Source: Felis catus | Lineage: Eukaryota | Assembly: GCF_018350175.1 (NCBI RefSeq) | Contig: NC_058369.1 | Coordinates: forward strand, 806,001-870,000 | DNA: 64,000 nucleotides | Reading direction: 5' to 3' | Shown here: piece by piece, positions 1 to 13,830 of the stretch | Layout: each line of letters begins with the position of its first letter | Numbering within the stretch: the stretch's first letter is position 1 | The notes under the pieces: model-generated | What the model saw: the letters and a program-made list of their open reading frames with translations, nothing else | Database searches by the model: none | What the model was told of the DNA's origin: nothing | Translations under genes and position numbers: made by a program

Positions 1-848
1 GCACCTCTGGGTCTCCCCCCCCCCCCACTGCTGTGGCTCCTGACAACACCCGACAGAGGAAGGGTCCTGGGCTGCTGACCTAACACAGTATGAAGATTGC
101 TTACTGATTCAAATGTCCATTTTANNNNNNNNNNNNNNNNNNNNNNNNNNNNNNNNNNNNNNNNNNNNNNNNNNNNNNNNNNNNNNNNNNNNNNNNNNNN
201 NNNNNNNNNNNNNNNNNNNNNNNNNNNNNNNNNNNNNNNNNNNNNNNNNNNNNNNNCATTAGACATTTTAAATAAAAAACCTAAGGAAACCAACTGTGTT
301 TCTCAGGTATGAGCTCACGGCACAGGGCAGGGCGGGTGGGCTCCGGAGAGGCCTCGTGCGTGTGGGCCCGGCTGCTCCCCGACGTGCTCCGTAGCGGCGG
401 GCTCCTGCCACGCCGGGGCCCTCGGGAGGCCCGGGGAGAGGGCTGTGACTGTTCGGGCGGTCCTGATCTCTGTGTCCCTGGGATGAGGAGGCCACCAAAG
501 GAGAAAGCTGTCATTTTGCCTTCCCTGAAAGACCCCTTGTTACCCAGAACTCTTGAGGGTTCTTGGCCTTCATTCGGTGCCCCGCAGCGGGTGGGGCTTA
601 ACACGTCTTACGTTGCATCTGTTGTACCTGAGAAACACGTTTTAAGCAAAGAAAAGAAAAAAAAACAAAAAGAAAAAAAAATTTAATTTTTAAAAAAAAG
701 AGAATACTGGCCTAAGGTTTATAGTTAAGTTTTAGTTTTAAGTCATAATAAGATGCTAAGTGTAGTCATAAGTTATCGAGGGTGTGTCTGAAGGGAAGGG
801 GGTCCGGGACCCTTGGCATCTCCCTAAACCACAGCTCCATTTGTCTAG

Positions 849-3800
849 GTGGAAGTTAAACGGGCCGAGCCACGCGACAGCAAAAGCCAAGCGCCGGGAC
901 AGCCAGGTGCCAGCCAGTGGGGCAGCCGGGTCGTGCCCAGTGCTGCTAATGGCTGGGCAGGCCAGCCCCCACCCACGTGGCAGCAAGGATACGGCCCACA
1001 AGGTGAGGCCCCAGCACCCAGAACCGGCCGGGCCCTCGGGGGGCCGGGGTCCCAAGCCCGCGGGGTGGTGGGTCCACGAAGGCACAGGTGGTACTCCCTG
1101 CTCGTCCGGCCCCAGGGTCTCCTGCCCAGCAGGTTGGCGTGCGGGCTCCATGCTGGTCCCCCGATAGCACGCGCGCCCCTAGAGGGGCGCCTTCTGGTCG
1201 GCACGCAGACCGGAAAGGGGCCAGGTTCCAGGTTGTCACCTGGTCCGTGTGGAGGACGGTGGTGTGTCTGGGCCGTAGCCGAGTCCCCGTCTGTGGTTGG
1301 GGCAGATGCGTCTCAACCGTAGTTGGCAGAGGGCGGTGAGCATCTTTACTCCAAGTACCGTGCTCTGGAGGAGGGCCTCCCGGGCCTGAGGGAGCAGTTC
1401 GATGCCTCGTGCTGACACCTTTGCTGTCCCTGGGGTCTGTGGCAGTGCCTTGGGGGTAGGGGGATGGGCAGAAGGACCTGGTGGATTTGAGACTCCGTCA
1501 CTGTCACCATCACCCCGTCCAGTGGGCCTGGCCTGGCCCGGCCCTCTCGGGGGCCCAGATAAGATAAGATGCTCTTAGGGAGACTGGGACTTTTGCCCCA
1601 GAGTCCTGTTTCCTTCACCCTCTCGGTCTGCTCCTGCTCCTTCTCCTTGGGCTGTCAGATCCTCGTGATGGGTCAGCAGAGTGGTTAAGGACGGCTTGGC
1701 AGAAGGATTGGGGTGCCTAGGGGCTCCAGGACAGGATCTGGTAGCCTCTATCCCCTTCAGTGTCCAAGGAGGGGCAGAAGGAGCTCAGGTGGGCCTGTCT
1801 GCATCCAGAGGCACCTGGCGCCCCCTCTTTGGGCTCACAGAGTCGTCTTTTAAAAAATTCTTTATTGCAAAAGAACACAGCCCTAGAAAACCAGTTATCC
1901 CGCGTGCCCACTGGCTCGGCTGGTGGCCGGCCCCGAGCCCTCACCGCCCAGCCTGAGGTCCCACCTGTGCCTCCCAGCCCCTGATCTGTGGGTGTTCCTC
2001 CCACCCTTCTGGTGGGTTCTGTGGAAGGGCCGGGGCCACCTGACCCAACAGGCTTCTCTTGGGAGCCCCTCCCCCACCCCGGCCCCCATCCCACAGAAGC
2101 AGGACGCGAGCGGCAGCTCTTTCCCCACACCCAGGTGCTGGAGAAGCTCTGGGGGTCACGCCTGTGCTCCCGGTCTGCCACGGGCTCCTCTGACGCCTTC
2201 CTCGGGGCTGGGACATCCCGCCCTGGTGCCCACAGTGCAACAGGACGCCAGGCCCCTCGGGTGCGTTTCCAGAAGGGCTTCTCACCGGCACAGCCAGTGC
2301 TGTCGGGGGGAGCGGGGCTCAGCTGACGGGCACCAACCACCCTCTCTGTTTTCCTGTTTAGGAATGTGGGTACCAGCCGGACAGGCAATCGGTAAGTCCT
2401 CATCGTGGGCAACTGAGAAGGAACAGGGTCTGAAATGGGGCGGCCCCGCGGCGGGCCAGGGCGGCCCGGAGCCTCGTGTGCCACGCCCTTGCCCTCACCT
2501 CTGTGTCCTGTGTTACAGGTGGCTATGGACCGCCCCCTGCGGGAAGAGGAGCCCCCCCACCGCCGCCACCGTTCACCTCTTACATTGTGTCCACCCCTCC
2601 CGGAGGCTTCCCCCCTCCTCAGGGCTTCCCACAGGGCTACGGTGCCCCTCCACAGTTCAGTAAGTCCTGTGGGCCCCAGGAGGGGGGCTGGGGTGCCGCG
2701 TGTCCACGCCCCTCTGCTCGGAGGGCCGTGTGGATGACACCTGTGTCGTCCAAGATGAGTGTGCCACGTCACTGGGGCGGGCCCTGCGAGCGGTCGCAGC
2801 ACGGGGCCTTTGGACCTGGCCTTGTAACTTGTAACAAAGCAGCGAAGGGCTAGAGGGCATACGAGCTGGAGTCTCAGTCCTCAGAGTTCCGCTTTGTGCC
2901 CGGGCGGCTGGCAGGCCTGCAAGGTTCAGTGCTCGTCCCTGGTAGGAAGGGGTGTGGCCAGGGCACCTGGGTGGCTCAGTCGGTTGAGCACGTGACTCTC
3001 GTCCCCTCTGCCCCTCTCCCCTGTTCGTGCGTGTGTGCTGTCTCCCCGCTTCTTTTTCTCTCGGGGGGGAAAAGCGTTTAAAGGCAAAAAGAAAAGGGTG
3101 TGGCCACTCCTGGCGACTGGGTCTTCAGCAGGGAAGAGACCCTCACCTGATCGAGTGTGGCTGGCCACTGCTCTTGCCCTGTGGCCCACACAGACTGTCC
3201 CCCAGTCTTCCCGTTAAGACCTTGGGCGCCCACACGTGTTCTGCTTTTGGCTTTTGGGATGCACCACAGGCTTGGGTCAGTCACGTTTTTTGGGCTCCAC
3301 GGCTGCCCGTGGCCCAGACCACGTCAGATTTTCTTTTTCTTTTTAATGTTTATTTATTTTTGAGAGAGAGAGAGAGAGAGAGAGCGCGCGAGAGCGAGCA
3401 AGCAGGGGAGGGGCAGAGAGAAGGGGAGACACAGAATCCGAGGCAGGCTCTAGACTCTGAGCTGTCAGCAGAGAGCCCGATGTGGGGCTTGAATTCACGA
3501 ACCGTGAGATCATAATCTGAGCCTAAGTCGGACGCTTAACTGACTGAGCCACCTAGGTGCCCCAGATTTTTATTTCTAACAAGAACACAGGTGGATAGAA
3601 ACCGGTTTTCTGGAGCCCCCCAGGACAGAGGGTGGACAGGCGTGACCCCCGCCCTCGTGAAAGGCTCACTGGGATTCTTTTTGTCTTCTCAGAGCACAGA
3701 TCATGCTTTGTTAGGCAACTGGTTTGGTTTTTTCAAGAGTATTTCAGTGCAGTTACTCCCTGTGGAGTTCCTGTCTGACACTCGCCGTCAGAGGTGCGGT

Positions 3801-6376
3801 GACAGGCTGCCCCAGGCCCACCCGGGCACCCCAGCCTTCCAGACCACCGCTAGTCCGCATGCCGCCTTCTCCCAGCCGGGGCACATCCCCAGGACCTGGC
3901 CACTTGGTGCGTCTCGGAAGGAAATGGCGCGGGCAGCTCCCGTAGGCTGGGCCGCGGTCGTGCACTGCGTGTGTGTCTTCCTCTCCTGTTTGCCCGCAGG
4001 CTTTGGCTACGGGCCCCCGCCTCCACCGCCGGATCAGTTTGCCCCGCCTGGGGTCCCTCCTCCACCTGCTACTCCAGGGGCAGCACCTCTGGCCTTCCCA
4101 CCGCCTCCGTCTCAGGCCGCCCCCGACATGAGCAAGCCCCCGACGGCCCAGCCAGACTTCCCCTACAGCCAGTACGGTGAGTGGCTGTAACTCTCGCCCG
4201 CTCTGGAGACCTGCGTTCGAGGCCTGGGGCCGGGGATCTGGCCCCGCCACCTTCCGCCTTCCTCCCTGCCAGCGTCTGTGACGGAGGCCCGCTCTGCTGG
4301 GGCTTGTCGGAGAGCGTCCGGCAAAATGAAAAGAAGGATTTTGGTTTCCTGGGGTTTTGCGAGGGAGCTGTCTGAGAAACGCATCGCGTGAGCGGCAGGC
4401 GTCCCAGGGCCCGTGGGTTGGGGAGCCTGCGGCTGTGACCGGGCCCCCAGGAGGATGGTGCGCACGGGCTCAGTGGGGCGCCCCCAGCAGGCACTGTTCC
4501 TCGGTGGTCTCGTTTTCCAAGTGCAGCGTGCAGGGAGGGCACCTGTTGGCCACGTGGGCTCGTGGCTCTGGTCTGTGGCGGGCGCTGGCGAGGGCGTCAC
4601 CATGCTTCACCGGAGGGGCTGGTCGTGGACCAGGTGCCTCTGAGCCCGGGGTCTACGAGGTGGTGGCCCGTGGCCTGCGTGGGAGGGGCTCGTGAGGACG
4701 GGGTTGGGCCCCGTGTCCTGGGTAGAGCAGGCCTCCATCCTGGGGCCTCCTGCCACCTCTGCGGGGCCACGCAGGCGGGCTGCCTGTCTTCTGGGGCTTC
4801 GGGGGCTCCTGGGGCTCCCGTGGGAGCCGTGGCTTCGGCCCACGTCTCCTCGCCTGGGGCTCTCCTACTCCCACGTGGTTGTTCACACTGCGTTTCGCCC
4901 AAGACTTCAGTGTCTATGCGTGAGGCTGTTCTTGCCCTCGATTGCCGTTCTCGGCCGGCTGCTCCCAGTAGCCCGGCATCGCAGCAGCTTGGCCCCTTGG
5001 CGCCGTGCCACGCCACGGTCCCTGAGTGCGTGGGTTGTCACCCCACCCCCCACCCCAGCAGAACACGTGTCCGGCGCACGAGCAGCCCCGGGCGGGGGTG
5101 TGCTGACCGCCAGCGTGGCCCCGCCCCGCCCCTCTGCCGAGGCTGCCCTGGGGTAGTCACCCTGGTCTCGTCTCTTGCCAGGCCTGGCTACCTATTCTCA
5201 AGACCCGTCAGGCTTCGGGCCCATACTTTGTTTACACTCTTATGGTCAGGCTGAGCAGTGATGTGGTCTAGGTAGGTGGCACCTTCTCATCCACGGTCCC
5301 CACTCTGCCTGTACCGGGCAGCGGGCACGGCCTCCTCTGCCGTCCTGGGCGGGGGTGGACCTGGCGGTGCCCTCTGGGACGGGGCCCTTGCCGGGGCGAG
5401 GATCCCAACTGGCCACAGCCCCGTGGGCCCTAGAGCTCTGCCTCTGCGGGCAGCAGGCGTCGGCGCCCCATGTGCACCCTCTACTGGGGATCCGGGGGCC
5501 TTGGGGCACGCCTTCACCCCAGGTGTGCGGGCTGGTGCCGGTCCCCTTTCCAGAGTGCCTCCCACGCATTCTGAGGTCAGCTGCAGGCTCTAGGCCCTGT
5601 TCCGAGGAGGGCCCTGGCCCGCCCGGGGCAGGCTCTGTAGGCACGGTGCCCAGAGTCACTTAGGCCTGGCGTTGGGTTGGGCACACAGTCTTTCCTCACA
5701 CCCGTCGGTCTTAGGGAAGATCCCAGGTGGGGTCAGCTCTGCAGAGAGGACTGTCTCGGGTCTGGGGGTCACCCTGGAGGGAGGGGCCTGGGCTAGGCTT
5801 GCATTTCTTAATCGCTGGGAATTGTGCCTGAGCTCCCTGCCTGCACCCCTCCCCCCCCCCCCCCCCCCCCCCCCACCGGGTGCATCACACTGAAGATTAA
5901 ACTTTTTAGAAACCCTCAGTCTACTGAGCCGGGCCGGGTCCTCTTAACATTTCCGAGCTCAAAGGTCTCCAGTGGCCAGCGCCCAACCCCAGGTCCTTGG
6001 GACTGGGTGGGGAGGCGAGGCCGAGGTCGGATGCGACAGGCTGTGGGGTCGTCCGGGTCTCCAAGCTGCTTTTCCTTCTGCACAGAGACCGTGGTCAGGG
6101 CCCTGCGGGGGGTCGGGACGGGCTCCGCGGGCACGGACCGCTCCCTGGCCGTCAGGGCGAGAGCTGCCATCCCGCCGCAGCTCACCGGGCTCCTTCCCTG
6201 CAGGTTACGGACAGGACTTGGCCGGCTTCGGACAGGGCTTCTCAGATCCCAGCCAGCAGCCCCCCTCGTATGGGGGCCCCTCAGTGCCGGGCTCGGGGGG
6301 CCCCCCCGCCGGCGGAAGTGGCTTCGGACGAGGTCAGAACCACAACGTGCAAGGATTCCACCCGTACCGACGCTAG
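849..6376 (+). CDS. DAZAP1: DAZ-associated protein 1, 3' part (last five coding exons; upstream exons outside window)
   Basis: Exons 849-1002 (VEVKRAEPRDSKSQ...GYGPQ), 2362-2391 (GMWVPAGQAI), 2519-2659 (GGYGPPPAGRGAPP...PQF), 4000-4176 (GFGYGPPPPPPDQF...PYSQY), 6204-6376 (GYGQDL...NVQGFHPYRR*). All are flanked by AG/GT with consistent phases. The C-terminal FHPYRR motif is characteristic of DAZAP1. Confidence 0.96.
2961..3095 (+). mobile_element. Degenerate, internally deleted CAN-SINE
   Basis: GGGCACCTGGGTGGCTCAGTCGGTTGAGC head, CT-rich body, A-rich tail. Confidence 0.6.
3330..3563 (-). mobile_element. CAN-SINE (SINEC_Fc-like)
   Basis: T-rich tail, (GA)n, tRNA-derived head ...CTGAGCCACCTAGGTGCCCC; AGATTTT flanking repeat. 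Confidence 0.9.
5182..5271 (+). CDS. DAZAP1: DAZAP1 alternative cassette exon with in-frame stop (TGA 5259-5261), giving a short C-terminus
   Basis: tcttgccag| acceptor and |gtaggt donor; 90 nt; phase 1 from the preceding exon reads GLATYSQDPSGFGPILCLHSYGQAEQ*. Resembles the human short-isoform exon as I recall it. Confidence 0.65.
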   Translation, partial: AWLPILKTRQASGPYFVYTLMVRLSSDVV

Positions 6377-7126
6377 CTGGCCGGCGCCGTGTGGACGTCA
6401 GGGCGGCCGAGACCCAGGATTGAAAACTTGTGAACTCGTGACAATCACAAACTTGGCAGAAAAATAGCGGCTCACCGTTGGGGGGAGGGGGGGCGAGAGG
6501 CTTTTGGAGGCGGCTGTGGGTGTCTGGACTGAAGTTTTTAAACATANNNNNNNNNNNNNNNNNNNNNNNNNNNNNNNNNNNNNNNNNNNNNNNNNNNNNN
6601 NNNNNNNNNNNNNNNNNNNNNNNNNNNNNNNNNNNNNNNNNNNNNNNNNNNNNNNNNNNNNNNNNNNNNNNNNNNNNNNNGNNNNNNNNNNNNNNNNNNN
6701 NNNNNNNNNNNNNNNNNNNNNNNNNNNNNNNNNNNNNNNNNNNNNNNNNNNNNNNNNNNNNNNNNNNNNNNNNNNNNNNNNNNNNNNNNNNNNNNNNNNN
6801 NNNNNNNNNNNNNCGGCACTGGTGGCAGTGAGGGGCGTTTCAGTGCCTCACTCCTGGCTTTGAGGGTCGGGGCTTGTTGGTCCAGAAACTCTGGGAGCTT
6901 ACAGAAAAAGTCTACTGAGCGTGTTTTGTTTTTTGTTTCTTCCTTGCTTTTGTCGACTGACCTGCCTGGCAGCGCCCGCAGGTGCGCCGTGGGGGCCGCG
7001 CCCGCCCAGCCTCTGCCGGCGCCGCCCCGCGTCCGCCCCGGCAGCAAGGACAAGGAGGCCTTGTCAGCCGCTCTCCCGCGCACGTGGTTTCAGGGCGTCC
7101 CCACCGACCAGTTTGACCCTGGTTTG

Positions 7127-7132
7127 AATAAA
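7127..7132 (+). terminator. DAZAP1: DAZAP1 polyadenylation signal
   Basis: AATAAA about 750 nt after the stop, followed by a GT/T-rich downstream element. Confidence 0.75.
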
Positions 7133-7829
7133 GAGAAGTGCGTTTGGATTAGAAACCCACGTTGTGTGCTTTCATTCCCTCCTTGCTGTCGGCTGTGCGT
7201 CCCTTCTGTGTCCAGGAGGAGCCCGTCCCTGCGGGAGACCTGTGCCGGCCCTCCCCACCTCCCGGGGCTCAGGAGCCAGGCCCCACCTGCTCGAGTGGGG
7301 AGCCGGGGACCTGGTGCCAGCTGCCGGCCCAGGCTCCCGGGGCTCAGCGGCCACCCGCCGAATGCCAAGGGAAAGGTGCTCGGACGGATCCGGGTGGGTG
7401 GGTGGGGGCCATCCCGTGGCCGGGGCGGGAGGCAGCATGATGGCCCCGGCTCGTAGAGCTCAAGGTCCGACGGCGGAGGTGAGGGAGGAGGGAAGCCTGA
7501 GCCAGGAGGTGGGGAGGGCTGGGCTCTGGCCAGCGTCCCACGGCGGCCACCAGGTGTCTGCCAGGCCTTTCCAGCCCTGGGTGTTTGGACCTTTCTGTCC
7601 CTTTTCTTGACTGCTCCTTCCCCAGTGAGAAGGGGCTGACGCTCAGCGAAGGCCCTATTTGCAGCCCCAACGGGAGGGGGAGTCCGTTCGCCTGCGCACA
7701 GGGCTTCCTGCTCTGGGCCCCGCTTCCTGTGGGAGTGGGGAGGGGCTCCTGGGTCTGGGGGAGGCTGGCCCTGGGGATCCGCTATGAACCAAATGGGTCA
7801 GTCCTCCCCTGTTCTGATGTGGGGGGTGT

Positions 7830-8135
7830 CTAAGGGCCCCTGTGACAGGTCACCACCCACCTAGGGCTTAAAGCCGCTCACAAATCGTCTTTGACAGTTC
7901 TGGGCCCCAGGGATCCCCGTCTCCCACCTTTCCCGGCTTCCAGAGACCCCTCTTCCATGCTCACGGCCAGCAGTGCGGGGTCCGCCCGTCTCTGTCCCCT
8001 TCTCATGAGGACCTCGTGTGGACGCTGGGTACCCGGGGTCACCCCCGCCTCAGGCCTTGCTAAGGTCCCCTCTGTTGCGTGAGGTGACAGATCCCTGGTC
8101 CCAGAACCAGGTCTGGGGGCTTTGGGGGCCGTTAT
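7830..8135. mobile_element. MaLR (MLT1-like) LTR remnant
   Basis: Motifs resembling MLT1 LTRs (ggcttaaa...cagttctgg; gcaaaggtccc-like; gaggtgaca...ccaggt). Confidence 0.45.
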
Positions 8136-9177
8136 TCTCTCATTCTAAAGACCACAATGAAGATTTTAAAACGTGAGAAGAGCGGATTGATCCAAAATGC
8201 ACGGGGTGCCACCACCACCACAGTGTGTGGGGCTGGAGATGAAGTGCTGAAGGAGACAGCCAGTAGCCCTCGTCCCCGCCCACAGCCCGCTCGCGATCTG
8301 CGGCAGGGAGGGTGGCTCAGCTCAAAGGCGAAGAGAAGCCCTCCAAATGCCCCTGCGGGGCCGCACCTGCCCGCCCCCGCCAGAGCCTTCTCCCTGCCCT
8401 GGGCCTTCCGTCCACACCGCGTGCCATCGCGACGTTAAACGTGAGCTCCTTTCACTTGTGAAATTCTCTGGAAAATTAGGGGTCCCTGGTGAGAGGCCGT
8501 CGTGCAAACGACGCACGGATTTCCAGCTGGCCAGGAGCTCCTGGGACCCCCACCTCGCTCTGCTGGCTGCGAGCCCCCTTCACACCCTGAAGGACACACC
8601 CCGTAGCCCTCAAACACCGTGCTTGTGCTGCGTCGCGGACGGGGGGGGACATCCCCTTCTTTGGGAGGGTTTAATTGGCTCTACCCACAGGATTGTAGAA
8701 ATGGTTGAGGAGGCCCAGCTTCTTTCCAGACCTCCTGTTCCCCCCAGGCCAGCCCCGGCTCCCCACAAAGCCACTGGTCTAAGCCAGACCCCACCCAGCA
8801 ATCCGGCTTGAGGCCAGGAAGGGGCTGAAGCCTCAGTCGCGGCCGTGGGCACGGTAGAGTCAGCTGGGTGGTGGGGCCGTGGTGGCAGCACCCACCTCCT
8901 TCCGACCGCAGGGTCTTTGCACGCTGGCTCCCTCTTCCCGGAACTCACCCTCCAGCCGGTGGTCTCTCCCATCCCCTGGTGTCCAGTGTGGTGCTCGGTT
9001 TACCCCTGCCGTTTCGCTTTTTCTCTGTGCTGTGTGCCTTGTTTTGTTCTTAGGCTTCTCTGTTCATGCTTTGGCGTTAAAGGAGTATTTCCTAAGGTAG
9101 CGTTTTAGTTCTTTTAATGATTTTTTGTCATATTTTTTGAGTTATTTTCTTTGAGGCTGTTCTAGAGCTTACCATGG

Positions 9178-9412
9178 TTTTTTTTTTCTTTTTTAAAAAA
9201 CCTGTTTACGTTTATTCATTTTTGAAAGATAGAGACAGAGCACAAGCAGGGGAGGGGAGGAGAGAAAGGGGGACACAGAATCCAAAGCAGGCGCCAGGCT
9301 CCGAGCTGTCAGCACAGAGCCCGGCACAGGGCTGCAACTCCGGAATCAGGAGATCATGACCTGAGCCGAAATCAGGAGTCGGACGCTTAACCTACTGAGC
9401 CACCCAGGCGCC
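9178..9412 (-). mobile_element. CAN-SINE (SINEC_Fc-like)
   Basis: T tail, GA-rich body, ...CTGAGCCACCCAGGCGCC. Confidence 0.9.
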
Positions 9413-9419
9413 AGACTGT

Positions 9420-9930
9420 TTCCTTATTGTGGCAAAATGCGCATTAAGACTTGCCATTGTAACCATCTCTTAAGTGCACAGCTCAGTGACATCAAGCACA
9501 CTCAACAGTGTCCTGCACCCGCCCCCACCACCCGTCTCCAGAACTTTCCATCTCCCCAGACTGAGACTCTGTCCCCATGAAACACGGACTCCCCGCCCCC
9601 TGCCCCACCCCTGGCTCCCACCGTCTACTCTCTGTCTCTGTGGACGGGACTCCTCTGGGGACCCCCTGTGAGTGGGGTCACGCAGGACATGTCCTGTGTC
9701 TGGCTTCTCTCACTGCACACAGTGAGTGTCCTGCGGGTCCGTCCACGTGGTGGCGGGTGGCAGACGTCCTTCCTTCCTAAGGCTGGATCCTACTCCGGCG
9801 TGTGGATGGACCACATCGTGTTTATCCTTCATCCGCGGATGCATACTTGGGCTGTAGTGAATCATGCTGCTGTGGACATGTAAATCTCCCTGCTTTCAGT
9901 TATTGGGGTGTACACCCAGAAGTGGGACAG
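9420..9930 (-). mobile_element. L1M 3'-end fragment
   Basis: accatctcttaagtgcacagctcagt...ccagaactttccatctcccc...gctgtagtgaatcatgctgctgtggacat...tacacccagaagtggga, typical of an antisense L1MB 3' UTR. Confidence 0.7.
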
Positions 9931-10049
9931 GACTATATAGCTCTAATTCCTTGTCCCTTTTTCTCTGTCATCGTTATACACGTCACGTGCACAGACGTTA
10001 CAGAAACCTAGTAGTGCATCGCTATGGTTGCTACTGTACCTGAGGCCCT

Positions 10050-11826
<1,777 letters not shown>

Positions 11827-11837
11827 CCCGTTCGGCC

Positions 11838-11843
11838 AATAAA
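11838..11843 (+). terminator. RPS15: RPS15 polyadenylation signal
   Basis: AATAAA 11 nt after the stop codon. Confidence 0.9.
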
Positions 11844-13425
11844 GACGCAGCCCTTTCTGGTCGCGAGTCTGACTGTTCCTTCCCTTCCGTGGGGCTGCGC
11901 CTGCTCACCAGTCGGAGGCTCAGGTGGTGCGTGATTTGGGCCAGTGCTGAGCAGCAGGTGGCCCTGGTTTCCTGCTGTGGACACAGGGATGGCCCCGCTT
12001 AACAGCAGGGCCCAGCGCTCTGTGGGTAGGGGCTCCGCGTGAATGACCTCGGCCCCGTGACCAGTGCAGGTTCTGTGCGGTCTTGTCTGTGTCCCCTCTG
12101 TGCCTCTGGATCCTTCAACCGAAATCCCACAGGTGCAGCCACAGGCCTTCCCTGGGCCTGCTTCAGCCCACACAGGTGGTCACTCCTGGGTCCAGGGCAG
12201 TGTCTCCCCTGGAGTCACCATGCCCTTCAGGGCTCCTCCTCCCTTGTTGTCCGGTCCTGGGGGTGTGCATGCCCACAGGTGAAGTCCACGACCAGCAGGA
12301 GGCTTTGCGCAGCCTGAGCGCTCCCTTCCTGCGTCTGCACACGCCGGCCCGGTGACCCTCACGTGCTGTCCGGGTCTGGGTCTCATGTGGTTTCCAGGGG
12401 CAGGGTCACGCCAGCCCCTAGGGTCTGATGAAGGGTCCCAACCCTGCTCCCGTCAAGTATTTCTGTCGAGATTTGTTCATGATGAGGAAGCCCTACAGAC
12501 CAGGGTGGACGACGACTCGGTAGGCACTGGCCAGGCGGTGGCCCCTTTGGCTCGCTGATGGACAGTGTCGGGGGGATGGTCGAGGTGGGAACCCTGGTCA
12601 GCAGGAGAGTGTGAAGCTGGCTGGCTGCCTGCTGCATGTGTGACAGTGGTCACCGTGTCTGCGCCTCTGTTGGGGCCGTGAGGGCCGGCCAGGAGGGGAA
12701 GGGAGGGAGACAGCGGAATGGAAAGGCGCTCCTGCCTCCCTGCCCTCCCCCTAGTGGCCACTGCCACCACCTCCGGGCTTCCTTCCTCTGCATTTTGATT
12801 TGCTCGCTGTTCTCTCTTGGGTTGTGGGTGGCTGTGTTTATAATCCACAGCAGAAGGAAGTACGGGGAACGGCCGGACAGCTTGCGTGACCAGATTAAAC
12901 GGGTTCCCCCAGGTGGGCAGAAGGAACCAGTGTTGGGACCAGATGATCTGGAAGTACGTCTGTGGCCTGTGTGGCACCATCCCTGAAAAGTCAGCCCTGT
13001 CGCCCGGAAGACGTGGGCCACAAGTGGTGGGTGTCTGGTGTGGCAGGAAGCAAGGCCACAGGAGGCTGCGTGGGCTGATGCGAGGGGCCTGGAGCTGCCA
13101 GCGGGGATGCTGATCGGGGCAAAGATCAGGGACTTGGGGGTCCTTTTGGACAGCCCCCTGAGCCTGGCCGCGCTGCAGAGAGGCCGACTCACCATGTGAA
13201 GCTGGAATATGACTGGGGTGCGTTAGATGGGACCTTAATTGAGGTGACTGGGTGCTTTGCGGTTTAAAGGCCGTGGTCAGGGCTGTCGACTGACATCTGG
13301 TCAACACTGTCCACACTCCGTTTGGAACAGCAGAAGCCTCTGTGACCTCCACTAGCAAACTGCCCACGAGGCCCAGCGAGAAGAGGGAGGGTTCACTGTG
13401 TCACTCCTCAAAGAATAAAACTGTT

Positions 13426-13580
13426 GGGTGTCTGGGTGGCTCAGTCAATTGACTTGATTTCAGCTCAGGTTACGGTCCCAGGGTTGTGGGATCGAGCCCC
13501 GTGTCCGGTTCCACACTGAGTGTTTAGCCTCCACTCCTCACACATGCACATGCTCTCGAACACAAAACAAAAAAAAAAAC
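13426..13580 (+). mobile_element. CAN-SINE
   Basis: GGGTGTCTGGGTGGCTCAGT head, GGGATCGAGCCCC box, A tail. Confidence 0.8.
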
Positions 13581-13716
13581 CTTAAAATGCAAGAAACTTG
13601 TTTCATGTTAAGATCAGCCTCGGGGAGAAGAATGCCCAGGGCGGCTGTGCCCCTTTACTGGAACGTGGGTTGTGACCCTGAGCTTGGAAAGCCATAAAAA
13701 TGGGCAGAGCATGCTT

Positions 13717-13830
13717 GGGTGAGCTTGGGTGGCTCAGTCAGTTGAGCATCGGACTCTTGATCTCAGGTCTGGGTCTCAGGGTTGTGAGTTCAGGTCCTGC
13801 ACTGGGCATGAAGTCTACTTTTAAAAACCA
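13717..13830 (+). mobile_element. Short old CAN-SINE
   Basis: GGGTGGCTCAGTCAGTTGAGCATCGGACTCTTGATCTCAG...GTGAGTTCAGG. Confidence 0.7.

Noticed and set aside
6547-6813. N run with an isolated 'g' at 6681, and ORFs crossing N runs
   Set aside because: Probably low-coverage masking in a reference-guided consensus; no biological meaning. It also warrants caution about homopolymer lengths.
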